From Dehalococcoidia bacterium (GTDB lineage: Bacteria; Chloroflexota; Dehalococcoidia; Lucifugimonadales; Australimonadaceae), in assembly GCA_965261385.1 (NCBI GenBank), contig CBDHDB010000002.1:1989091-2053090 (forward strand): DNA of 64,000 bases. Reading direction: 5' to 3'. The translations under genes and the position numbers were made by a program. The notes under the pieces are model-generated. The model saw nothing but the letters and a program-made list of their open reading frames with translations. It had not been told where the DNA came from and searched no databases. This document shows positions 8,985 through 17,325 of the stretch, piece by piece (the stretch's first letter is position 1; the number at the start of each line of letters is the position of its first letter).

Positions 8985-9237
8985 CCTCGACGGAGACGAG
9001 TAGGCAATCGCCGCGCGGAGAGCGAGCCGGGACTGGTGGAAGCCGGTGCGCGCGGACTGCTGAATATCACTCCCGAGCCGTCACCCGAACGCCCAACGGC
9101 TAGTAGGCGTGGCCGGGCGAGCTGCCCGTTACAGCGGCGCCCCTCGAAACTGAGGGACCAGAGTGCCCCGGCATCAGCCGGGGAATGGTGGTGGTAACAC
9201 GGGAACGCCCGTCCGCCTGTGCGGACGGGCGTTTTGT
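8985..9237 (+). promoter_or_regulatory. T-box riboswitch leader, Ile specifier (AUC)
   Basis: Stem I has an AGACGAGTAG (GA/AGTA-type) motif, an AGAGCGAG bulge and a GGTGGAA distal loop. The specifier-loop region GAATATCAC carries AUC at 9066-9068 followed by A. The T-box-like sequence AATGGTGGTGGTAACACGGGA overlaps the 5' arm of a terminator hairpin. Confidence 0.8.
9207..9237 (+). terminator. Intrinsic terminator of the T-box attenuator
   Basis: GCCCGTCCGC (9207-9216), CTGT loop, GCGGACGGGC (9221-9230), followed by GTTTTGT. Confidence 0.8.
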
Positions 9238-9250
9238 ATTCGAGGAAAAC

Positions 9251-12200
9251 ATGACCAGCAAGCAGAAACGCTACAGTCCGGTCTCCAGCAAGGTGGACTT
9301 CCCCAAGCTCGAAGAATCTGTCCTCGAGCACTGGCGCGACGCCGACATCTTCCATCAAGTCGACAGCGTGAGAGGCGAGGCCCCCCTCTTCGTCTTCTAC
9401 GAGGGCCCGCCCACCGCCAACGGCAGCCCCGGAATCCACCACGTCCTCTCACGCTCGTTCAAGGACGTCATCCTCCGCTACAAGACCATGCAGGGCTTCC
9501 GCCCCCTGCGCCGCGGCGGATGGGACACCCACGGCCTTCCCGTCGAGCTCGAAGTCGAGAAGGAGCTCGGCCTCTCCTCCAAGCAGGAGATCGAGCAGTT
9601 CGGCATCGAAGAGTTCAATCGCAGGTGCCGCGAGAGCGTGTTCCGCTACGTCGGCGAGTGGGAAGCGATGACCCAGCGCGCAGGCGTATGGCTCGACATG
9701 GACAACGCCTACGTCACCTATCACAACTCCTACATCGAGTCCGCGTGGTGGGTCTTCAAGCGCCTCTGGGACATGGGCCTCGTCTACGAGGACTACAAGG
9801 TCACGCCCCACTGCCCGCGCTGTGTGACGAGCCTCAGCTCCCACGAGGTCGCCCTCGGCTACAAGGAGGACACGCCGGATCCCAGCGTCTACGTACGCTT
9901 CCCCGCATCGGAGGCGCAGAACACTGATCTCGGCGCATCGGTCGAGACCCTCGCCGAGCTCGGCTACGACGGCGCCGCTTGGACCGCCCCCCGCCCCGCC
10001 TTCATCGCATGGACCACTACTCCATGGACGCTCACCGCCAACGTCGCCCTCGCCGTCGGCCCCGGCGAGGAGTACGTCCTCGCGGAGTCCGACGAGACAG
10101 GTGAGCGCGTGATCGTCGCCCTCACCCTCGTGGACGCCGTCCTAAACGGCCCCTGGACCGAGCTCGCCCGCTTTAGCGGCGAAAGCCTCGCCGGCGTCCG
10201 GTACGACCCTCCCTACATCAGTCCGGAGCTCACCGGCCACGTCCACCGCGTCCTCACCGCGCCCTACGTCACGACGGACGACGGCACGGGCATCGTCCAT
10301 ACCGCCGTGGCCTACGGCGCGGAGGACGCTGAGCTCGGCAAGGCCCACGGCTTCCAGACCGTCCACACCGTGGACAATCGCGGCGTCCTCATGGAGGGCT
10401 TCCCCGGCTCGGGTAAGTTCGTCAAAGAGGCCGACGCCCACCTCCTCCGCGACCTCGATGAGCGCGGCCTCCTCTTCCGGGACTCCTCCCCCTACCTCCA
10501 CACCTATCCCTTCTGCTGGCGGTGCGGCACGCCTCTCCTCTACTACGCCAAGGCCTCCTGGTACATCCGCACCACCGCGAAGAAAGACGAGATGGTCGAG
10601 GCGAACCGCACTATCAACTGGGTCCCCGACCATATCCAGGAGGGCCGGTTCGGCGAGTGGCTCCGCAACAACGTCGACTGGGCCGTCTCCCGCGAGCGCT
10701 ACTGGGGCACCCCGATCCCCATCTGGCGCTGCGTCGACGACCCGGATCACCTCCAATCCGTGGGCTCGCTAGCCGAGATCGAGGCCCGTGTCACCGACGA
10801 GACACGTCGCCTCCTCGACGGCCTCGACCTCCACCGCCCATTCATCGACCGCGTGGAGCTCCGGTGCGACCAGTGCGGCGGCGTCATGCGTCGCATCCCC
10901 GAGGTCGCCGACGCCTGGTACGACTCCGGCGCCATGCCGTTCGCCCAGTGGGCCTACCCAACGGTCGTGAAGGGCGCCGGCGGACAGGACATCACCCTCA
11001 ACGGCGTCGAGGACCTCGTCGCAAGTCCTCTCTTCCCCGCCAACTACATCACCGAGGCCGTCGACCAGACCAGGGGCTGGTTCTACAGCCTGCTCGCTCT
11101 TTCAACCTTGATTGCGGGCAAGCCTTCCTACGAGAACTGCCTCGTCCTCGGCCTCATCCTCGATGGCGAGGGCGAGAAGATGTCCAAGTCCAAGGGCAAC
11201 GTGGTCAACCCTTGGGAGGTAATGGAACAGCACGGGGCAGACGCCCTCCGGTGGTGCCTCTTCACCGCGGCGCCCGCCGCTGAGGCGCGCCGCTTCTCTC
11301 TCACCCTCGTCCAGGAGACCCTTCGCCAGTTCCTGCTCACCCTGTGGAACACCTACAGCTTCTTCGTCACCTATGCCAACATCGACGGCTTCGACGCCGA
11401 CGCCTGCGCCCACTATTGGAAAGACAGACGCGTTGGAGAGCCGTCGCTCGCCGCTCCTCCCCCCAACGAGCTCGACCGCTGGATCATCTCGGAGCTCAAC
11501 GACCTCGTCGGGCAGGTCGCCCATGACCTCGACGTGTTCAACCCCACTGGCGCGGGACGCCGCATCCAGGACTTCGTTAGCCTGCTCTCCAACTGGTACG
11601 TCCGGCGCAGCCGCCGCCGTTTCTGGAAGCCTGTCGTGAGCCAAGCCGAAGGGGCTGAGCAGTCCGGCGACGACGATAAGACCTGGGCATACGTCACCCT
11701 CTATTCCTGCCTGCTCACCCTTAGCAAGCTCGTGGCGCCCCTCACCCCCTTCGTCGCCGACGCCGTCTTCCGCAACCTGGCGCCCGCTGGCGCCCGCGAC
11801 AGCGTCCACCTGGAAGACTTCCCCCAAGCCGAACCCTCGCTCATCGACGACCGGCTCGACCGTGCCATCAGGCTGGCCATGCGCATCGCCAGCCTTGGCC
11901 GGGGCGCGCGCAGCAAGAGCAAGGTGAAGGTCCGCCAACCCCTCGCGCGCGTCCTCGTCCGCCCTCGCCCCGACGAGCGCGACCTTCTCCCCCTCATCGA
12001 GTCCCAAGTGCTCGACGAGCTCAACGTGAAAGCGCTTGAGCTTGCCGAGGACCACGAGATCGTCGAGATCAAGATCAAACCCAACCTGCCGGTCCTCGGC
12101 CCCAAGCTCGGCCCCCGCATGGGAGCCGCCCGCGCCGCCATCGCCGGAGCCGACCCCGTCAGCGTCGCAAGCGCCCTCCGCGCCGACGGCCCAGTCGCCA

Positions 12201-12592
12201 TCGGCGACTTCACCTTCGACGCCGAGGACCTACTCGTCGAGATGGAGGACAAGCCGGGCGTCGCCGCAGCCGCCGAGGGCTCGGGCCTCCTCGTCGGAAT
12301 CGACACCACCCTCACGCCGGAGCTGGAGGCTGAAGGCCTGGCCCGCGAGCTCGTTCACCGTGTGCAGAACATGCGCAAGGCCGCCGGGTTCGACATCGAG
12401 GACCGCATCCTCACCTACATCCCCGACGCCGGCTCCCGCGCCGCCGCGGTCCTCCAAGCCCACGCCGCCTACTTCGAGCAGGAGACCCTCAGCCAGCCCA
12501 TCCTCCCCGAATCCCCTCCCCCCGAAGCGTACGTCGAGGAACAGGACGTAGACGGCGAGACGCTCACCATCGCGGTCGTCAGGGCAGGATAG
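9251..12592 (+). CDS. ileS: Isoleucine--tRNA ligase
   Basis: HIGH-region PPTANGSPGIHHVLSR, KMSKS motif (KMSKSKGN), editing domain, 1113 aa. ATG at 9251 follows GAGGAAAAC. The ORF-track start at 9185 lies inside the T-box/terminator and is rejected. Confidence 0.95.
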   Translation: MTSKQKRYSPVSSKVDFPKLEESVLEHWRDADIFHQVDSVRGEAPLFVFYEGPPTANGSPGIHHVLSRSFKDVILRYKTMQGFRPLRRGGWDTHGLPVELEVEKELGLSSKQEIEQFGIEEFNRRCRESVFRYVGEWEAMTQRAGVWLDMDNAYVTYHNSYIESAWWVFKRLWDMGLVYEDYKVTPHCPRCVTSLSSHEVALGYKEDTPDPSVYVRFPASEAQNTDLGASVETLAELGYDGAAWTAPRPAFIAWTTTPWTLTANVALAVGPGEEYVLAESDETGERVIVALTLVDAVLNGPWTELARFSGESLAGVRYDPPYISPELTGHVHRVLTAPYVTTDDGTGIVHTAVAYGAEDAELGKAHGFQTVHTVDNRGVLMEGFPGSGKFVKEADAHLLRDLDERGLLFRDSSPYLHTYPFCWRCGTPLLYYAKASWYIRTTAKKDEMVEANRTINWVPDHIQEGRFGEWLRNNVDWAVSRERYWGTPIPIWRCVDDPDHLQSVGSLAEIEARVTDETRRLLDGLDLHRPFIDRVELRCDQCGGVMRRIPEVADAWYDSGAMPFAQWAYPTVVKGAGGQDITLNGVEDLVASPLFPANYITEAVDQTRGWFYSLLALSTLIAGKPSYENCLVLGLILDGEGEKMSKSKGNVVNPWEVMEQHGADALRWCLFTAAPAAEARRFSLTLVQETLRQFLLTLWNTYSFFVTYANIDGFDADACAHYWKDRRVGEPSLAAPPPNELDRWIISELNDLVGQVAHDLDVFNPTGAGRRIQDFVSLLSNWYVRRSRRRFWKPVVSQAEGAEQSGDDDKTWAYVTLYSCLLTLSKLVAPLTPFVADAVFRNLAPAGARDSVHLEDFPQAEPSLIDDRLDRAIRLAMRIASLGRGARSKSKVKVRQPLARVLVRPRPDERDLLPLIESQVLDELNVKALELAEDHEIVEIKIKPNLPVLGPKLGPRMGAARAAIAGADPVSVASALRADGPVAIGDFTFDAEDLLVEMEDKPGVAAAAEGSGLLVGIDTTLTPELEAEGLARELVHRVQNMRKAAGFDIEDRILTYIPDAGSRAAAVLQAHAAYFEQETLSQPILPESPPPEAYVEEQDVDGETLTIAVVRAG

Positions 12593-12603
12593 GAGAAGCA
12601 TCC

Positions 12604-13569
12604 ATGACCACCCTCATCACTGGCGCCCTCGGCTTCATTGGCGTGCACGTCGTAAAAGCCTTCGCCGACGCTGGCGAGCCCGTCGTCGCCACCTACTACG
12701 AAAGCCTCCGCGTGCCACGCTTCCTCGAACCTCACGTCGGGAACGGCGTGACGATCGAGCAATGCGACGTCGGCGAGCCCGGCGCCGTCGAAGCCCTCGC
12801 CAAGAAGCACGCCGCCGACGGCCTCGTGAACCTCGCCATTCACCGCCGGTCCTCCGCCGACCCCGGCGAGGACATCCGCATCAACATGGACAAGCTCTCG
12901 CGCCTGCTGGACGGCGCCCGCGCTGCCGGTCTGAAGCGCGTCTGCTGGGCCTCCAACGGCGCCATCTTCGCCGAGCTCCCCGAGGGCCCTTTCCACGAAG
13001 ACACCCCCGTCCTCCTGACCGGACGCGTCCAGCCAGGCGCCTACAAGAAGGCGTGGGAGGTACTCGCCTACAACTACGCCAACAACTATGCCGCCGCCGC
13101 GGACATGGAGGTCGTCGCCCTGCGCGTCAGCGGCGTCTTCGGCCCGACCTACCGCTCGATGCTCAACCTCCCCAGCCGTCTCTGCCATGCCGCCTCGATG
13201 GGCGGCCCGCCTGACTTTTCCGACCAGCGCGGCGGCGTCCCCTTCGCTGGCGACACGTTCGACCTCACCTACGCCAAAGACGTCGGCGAGGCCATCCGCG
13301 CTCTCCATACCGCCGAGTCCCTGGAAGATCGCGTCTACAACATATCGCGAGGCGAAACCGTCACCGCCCAGGACCTCGTCGACGCCGTGCGGAAGGCCAA
13401 GCCCGACTTCGACGCAGCCCTCCAACCTGGCGCGAGTTCCCGCTACCGCCCCAACGCCTACCTCGCCAACGAGCGCCTCACCAACGCCACCCCCTGGCGC
13501 CCCGCCTACGACATCGATGCCGCCATCGCCGACTACATAGCCTGGCTCGACTCCGGCGAAGAGTTCTAG
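12604..13569 (+). CDS. NAD-dependent epimerase/dehydratase-family (extended SDR) protein
   Basis: MTTLITGALGFIGVHVVKAF. Clear paralog of 20806..21750. Confidence 0.75.
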   Translation: MTTLITGALGFIGVHVVKAFADAGEPVVATYYESLRVPRFLEPHVGNGVTIEQCDVGEPGAVEALAKKHAADGLVNLAIHRRSSADPGEDIRINMDKLSRLLDGARAAGLKRVCWASNGAIFAELPEGPFHEDTPVLLTGRVQPGAYKKAWEVLAYNYANNYAAAADMEVVALRVSGVFGPTYRSMLNLPSRLCHAASMGGPPDFSDQRGGVPFAGDTFDLTYAKDVGEAIRALHTAESLEDRVYNISRGETVTAQDLVDAVRKAKPDFDAALQPGASSRYRPNAYLANERLTNATPWRPAYDIDAAIADYIAWLDSGEEF

Positions 13570-13574
13570 GGCGG

Positions 13575-14141
13575 ATGACGCCTATGGGAGAAGAAATGGA
13601 CCTGAACGAACGAGTCGAGTTAGAGACTGACCGGCTGTTGCTCCGGCCCTTTCATTTCGGCGACGTGGACGACGTACTGGCCTACGCGTCAGAGCCCGAG
13701 TACGGCTGGTACCTGACGCTGCCCCAACCGTACACGCGCGACGATGCCGCGAAGTTCGTGGCCCGGCAGATACTCGACGATTGGTCGACACGCCCGACCT
13801 TCGCGATGGTGTTCGAAGAACACGTTGTCGGGGGCATCGGACTGCGTATCGATGGGCAGCGTGAGAGGGCCGAGCTTGGCTACGCGCTGGCGAAAGAGCA
13901 TTGGGGCAAAGGACTTACCGTCGAGGCGGCGCGGGCAGTAATCGCATGGGGCTTCGAGCGGTATGGCGTGAACAAGATTATCGCGACCGCAGCCCTGGAT
14001 AACCGGCAGTCCTGGCGCGTCATGGAGAAGCTGGGCATGACGCGCGAGGGCGTGAGGCAGGGCCACAGCAAGATCGGCGGCCGGTACGTGGACTGGGTGG
14101 ACTACGGGGTCCTGCGCGAGGAGTGGGGGCAGGCCGGATAG
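13575..14141 (+). CDS. GNAT-family N-acetyltransferase (RimJ/RimL-like)
   Basis: LETDRLLLRPFHFGDVDDVLAYASEPE.., GYALAKEHWGKGLTVEAARAVIAWGF. The start may be a few codons downstream. Confidence 0.75.
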   Translation: MTPMGEEMDLNERVELETDRLLLRPFHFGDVDDVLAYASEPEYGWYLTLPQPYTRDDAAKFVARQILDDWSTRPTFAMVFEEHVVGGIGLRIDGQRERAELGYALAKEHWGKGLTVEAARAVIAWGFERYGVNKIIATAALDNRQSWRVMEKLGMTREGVRQGHSKIGGRYVDWVDYGVLREEWGQAG

Positions 14142-14218
14142 CCCTACTCGCCGACTGCCTCTTCCATGACGCGGAGCACGTTCTCGCCCAGGATCTTCAC
14201 GCCCGCCCGAAAACAGAG

Positions 14219-14653
14219 CTACCCAAAGGTCCCGTCTGCAGGGGACGCCGGGAGAGGGGCAAGACGCTCGATGAGCTGCCCCGTAGACGCCCCCAGCTCG
14301 CACTCCCAGACCACCTCGACGCTCCACCCCAGACCGGCCAGGGCGGCCGCGTTCGCGGCGTCGCGCTCGACGTTCCGGCCTATCTTGCGCTCCCAGTAAT
14401 CGACGTTGGACGACGGCATGCGGGACCGCTTGCACCCGTGCCAGTGCCACAAGCACCCGTGGACGAACACCACCGTCCGGTGCTTCCGCAGCACCAGGTC
14501 CGGCGCGCCGGGCAGACGCTTATCGTGAAGGCGGAACCGCAGCCCCGCCGCGTGCAGCGCGCGCCGAACGTACATCTCCGGGGCCGTGCCTTCCGACTTC
14601 ACCCGCCCCATGATCCAGCTGCGACGGCTCGGCGTGACGTTGTCAGGACTCAC
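14219..14653 (-). CDS. vsr: Very-short-patch repair endonuclease (Vsr)
   Basis: RRSWIMGRVKSEGTAPEMYVRRALHAAGLRFRLHDKRLPGAPDLVLRKHRTVVFVHGCLWHWHGC...NVDYWERKIGRNVERD..GWSVEVVWECEL. Confidence 0.9.
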   Translation of the reverse strand: MSPDNVTPSRRSWIMGRVKSEGTAPEMYVRRALHAAGLRFRLHDKRLPGAPDLVLRKHRTVVFVHGCLWHWHGCKRSRMPSSNVDYWERKIGRNVERDAANAAALAGLGWSVEVVWECELGASTGQLIERLAPLPASPADGTFG

Positions 14654-14673
14654 AGCCCCCTCCCGCGCGCATC

Positions 14674-15345
14674 TTACCCAGGCTCAGGCGGGCCACCAAG
14701 TTCGTCTAAGCGTCGATTCGCCAAGTGCTCGAGCCTGCGGGCCTGCGTGAGCAGAGTGTTACGCAAGCCTGCTTGCACGGAGCGTTGGCTAATCACCTCT
14801 GCGAGCTTCGCGATAGTTGTTGCCCGCCTGGCAATGCGGATATCCGGATGGGAACGACGCCTGTACACGTCTGCCGGTACGATCTTCTTTCTCAGTGAAG
14901 GTGGGAGGTCTATCTGCTCCGCGGGAGCAACAGGGACCTCATTGAGCACCGCCCCAAACACGGATTCGGTGGTCAGCTTCCGGAAAACAGTGTACTCAGC
15001 GGAGTTGAGTCTGGCCTTGACGTGGGCAGCTTTGGCGTCAGCGCCTTCCAAGTCCCAGAACGGCCACATTTCGATTTCGGCCACCTCGAAAGGATCGAGG
15101 ACATTCATCGCGACCGCATCGGTCCTTTGATTCGTCAGGTGCCGTCTGATTCGGACCCGAAGCTGCTCTGCGGTCTGGCCGACGTAGATTGGCTCACCAT
15201 CGTAGTCATAGAACGCGTAGACCCCGAACTTGGCGTTGCTTACCTTGCGCCTTTCCGTGTCCTCGGCATTCAAGACCGTTTCCAACTCACGGAGGATGGC
15301 CCGAACCTCCTCAGGAGTGTCCGCGCGGGGCGGCTTAGTGGGCAT
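14674..15345 (-). CDS. GIY-YIG-domain nuclease, probable type II restriction endonuclease
   Basis: FGVYAFYDYDGEPIYVGQTAEQLRVRIRRHL is a GIY...YVG motif. 223 aa from the ATG at 15345, overlapping the methyltransferase stop by 11 nt. Visibly lower GC than its neighbours. The ORF-track start at 15489 is rejected. Confidence 0.65.
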   Translation of the reverse strand: MPTKPPRADTPEEVRAILRELETVLNAEDTERRKVSNAKFGVYAFYDYDGEPIYVGQTAEQLRVRIRRHLTNQRTDAVAMNVLDPFEVAEIEMWPFWDLEGADAKAAHVKARLNSAEYTVFRKLTTESVFGAVLNEVPVAPAEQIDLPPSLRKKIVPADVYRRRSHPDIRIARRATTIAKLAEVISQRSVQAGLRNTLLTQARRLEHLANRRLDELGGPPEPG

Positions 15346-16561
15346 GGACCGGCCCAGTCCTCCCAGGCGTTCCTGCCCCAGGCGTTTCTGATTGCGGCGA
15401 ACATCCGTCCACCGCAACGAGAAGCGGCCGCAGGTAATGCTCCGCCAGCCACCGCACCGCCGGAACGCAGACCGCGTCCCCCATCGCAAAGCTCGCCTGC
15501 GCCTCCGTCGCCGACCCCAGATCGAAATCAGGCGCCCCTTGCAGACGCGCGTACTCCCTCGCCGTCATCCACCTGACGCGCAGGCCGCCCCCGCCGCCCT
15601 CGACAACCGCCTGCTTGCTCGACCCGCCGCGCGTCGTCCGCAGACACCCGCTGATGCGGTCCCCGCGGATCTCCCAGACCGACCTGCCGCCGCGCGTCCT
15701 CCGGTACGCCGTCGCGTGGGCGAGTCCAGCCGACCCTCGGAGGGCCGCCGCCCGCGCCGCGTTTATCGGGCTGAGGCTGGCGATGAACGCCCCCAGACGC
15801 TCCCCGCCCCACCAGGCGGTGTGCTCGGGCGGTAACTCCTCGACCACGTCGTCCAATGACATCGCCGCTTCCTCCGGCGGCGCGGGGACGGGAAGCGAGA
15901 ACATCCGTAGCGAGCCTTCCGCCCCCACCACACGCGACAGCCAAACCGGGCGGAGCGTCGGCCCTGCAGGTGGGACCAACGACTCGCCTTGTCCCTCCCC
16001 CCTTTCAAGGGGGGAGGATGGGAGGGGGGGCGCCAGCGCGCCTATCACGAACAGACGGGGCCGACTCTGCGGAACGAACCGCCGAGCATCGAGCAGCGCC
16101 GCGTCGCAGGCGTAGCCTAGCTCGTTGAGGTCCGCCAGTGTGTCTCGCAGATCGGCCCCTCCGTTCGACGACCCAAACGCCGGAACGTTCTCGATCATCA
16201 CCGCTGCGGGCTTGCGTTCGCCTATTTCGCGCAGGACGCGCAGGAACTCCCCCACGAGCCCCGACTCCTTGCCCCGCAGCCCCGCCCGGCCCCCGGCCAG
16301 CGACAGATCGGTGCAAGGGAACGAGGCCGTGGCCAGATCGACGTCCGGCACGTCGCTCCCTCGTATCGACCGAATGTCTGCCAGCGCGAACTCCGCTCCG
16401 CCAAAGTTCAGCGCGTACAAATCCCGCTTCTTGGCGTCCACGTCATTGGCGAAGACCACCTCGAACCCGGCCTCCTCCAGCCCCATCCGCACCAGACCGA
16501 TGCCCGCAAAGAACTCCGCCACCCTCGGCTTGCGCGACTGTCCGTCGGAGGGATTCACCAT
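15335..16561 (-). CDS. DNA (cytosine-5)-methyltransferase
   Basis: Motif I AEFFAGIGL, motif IV ASFPCTDLS, motif VI MIENVPAF, motif VIII VPQSRPRLFVIG, C-terminal motifs ..GDAVCVP. Confidence 0.9.
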   Translation of the reverse strand: MVNPSDGQSRKPRVAEFFAGIGLVRMGLEEAGFEVVFANDVDAKKRDLYALNFGGAEFALADIRSIRGSDVPDVDLATASFPCTDLSLAGGRAGLRGKESGLVGEFLRVLREIGERKPAAVMIENVPAFGSSNGGADLRDTLADLNELGYACDAALLDARRFVPQSRPRLFVIGALAPPLPSSPLERGEGQGESLVPPAGPTLRPVWLSRVVGAEGSLRMFSLPVPAPPEEAAMSLDDVVEELPPEHTAWWGGERLGAFIASLSPINAARAAALRGSAGLAHATAYRRTRGGRSVWEIRGDRISGCLRTTRGGSSKQAVVEGGGGGLRVRWMTAREYARLQGAPDFDLGSATEAQASFAMGDAVCVPAVRWLAEHYLRPLLVAVDGCSPQSETPGAGTPGRTGPVHAH

Positions 16562-16595
16562 GCATCCTCCATATCACGCTCCCTCCCCCCGCGCA

Positions 16596-17030
16596 ACGCT
16601 CGCGCCCCCTTTCCGTCATTCCCGCGAAGGCGGGAACCTCGCAGCGGCGCGGCAGCGGCGCGATCCATCCCCCTCTCTCCCGTCTGCGGGGGAGAGTTAG
16701 AGAGGGGGCCGCCCCACCCGCCAATCGACGCCCCCGTCCTCCCCCACCCGTCATTCCCGCGTAGACGGGAACCTCGCGCCCCTCACCTCTCCCAGCGGGA
16801 GAGGTCGCGCGAAGGGCGGGTGAGGGAGAAACCTCCACCCGCCATCAGCTCCTCCACCCGTCACTCCCGCGCTCCCTTTCCATCATTGCTTCGAAAGTCC
16901 TCTCCACCGTCTGCGGGGGAGAGTTAGAGAGGGGGCTGCCCCGCCCGCAACTTTCGTCGGTTGTGGTGTGGGCCGACAGGCCCACATGAGCGATTCCCGC
17001 GAAAGCGGGAATCCCCCCGCGTCCATCATC
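16596..17030. repeat. Mosaic intergenic repeat locus (3 A-hairpins, 2 C-modules, B-module, GGGTGAGGG palindrome)
   Basis: A hairpins at 16619-16636, 16754-16771 (imperfect) and 16994-17011. C modules at about 16672-16725 and 16893-16950. Palindrome CCCTCACCTCTCCCAGCGGGAGAGG..GGGTGAGGG at 16781-16826. Confidence 0.85.
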
Positions 17031-17082
17031 CCTTGACTAGTCCACCTTACGGATATACCGTCATGGTAAGGAGAACAACGGC

Positions 17083-17325
17083 ATGATCGTCAAGATTACC
17101 TCGAAGCGCCAGGTCACCTTCCCCGTCCGGGTGCTGGACGCAATGGGAGTGAAACCGGGCGACCACCTGGAGATTCGGGAGGCCGGCGACGGGTTCACCA
17201 TCCATCCCCGGCGGGTAGACCTCTCACGTCTCGGACTTCTGCAGGACAAGATCGCCCCCAACCATGCGCCCTTCGACCTAGAGAAGTTCCGGAGCGAGCC
17301 CTATGACCTCTCGCTACGGGATTGA
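17083..17325 (+). CDS. vapB: AbrB/SpoVT-family antitoxin (VapB-like)
   Basis: MIVKITSKRQVTFPVRVLDAMGVKPGDHLEIRE. RBS AAGGAG. Overlaps the downstream PIN gene by 23 nt. Confidence 0.75.
   Translation: MIVKITSKRQVTFPVRVLDAMGVKPGDHLEIREAGDGFTIHPRRVDLSRLGLLQDKIAPNHAPFDLEKFRSEPYDLSLRD

Noticed and set aside
9185-9250. ORF-track N-terminal extension of ileS (MVVVTRERPSACADGRFVFEEN)
   Set aside because: It is encoded by the T-box and intrinsic terminator. The ATG at 9251 has a proper RBS and starts the conserved IleRS N-terminus.
17033-17060. Promoter for vapBC (TTGACT ... TATACC)
   Set aside because: The spacer is only 15 nt, or the -10 is poor with a 17-nt spacing. The match is too weak to call.
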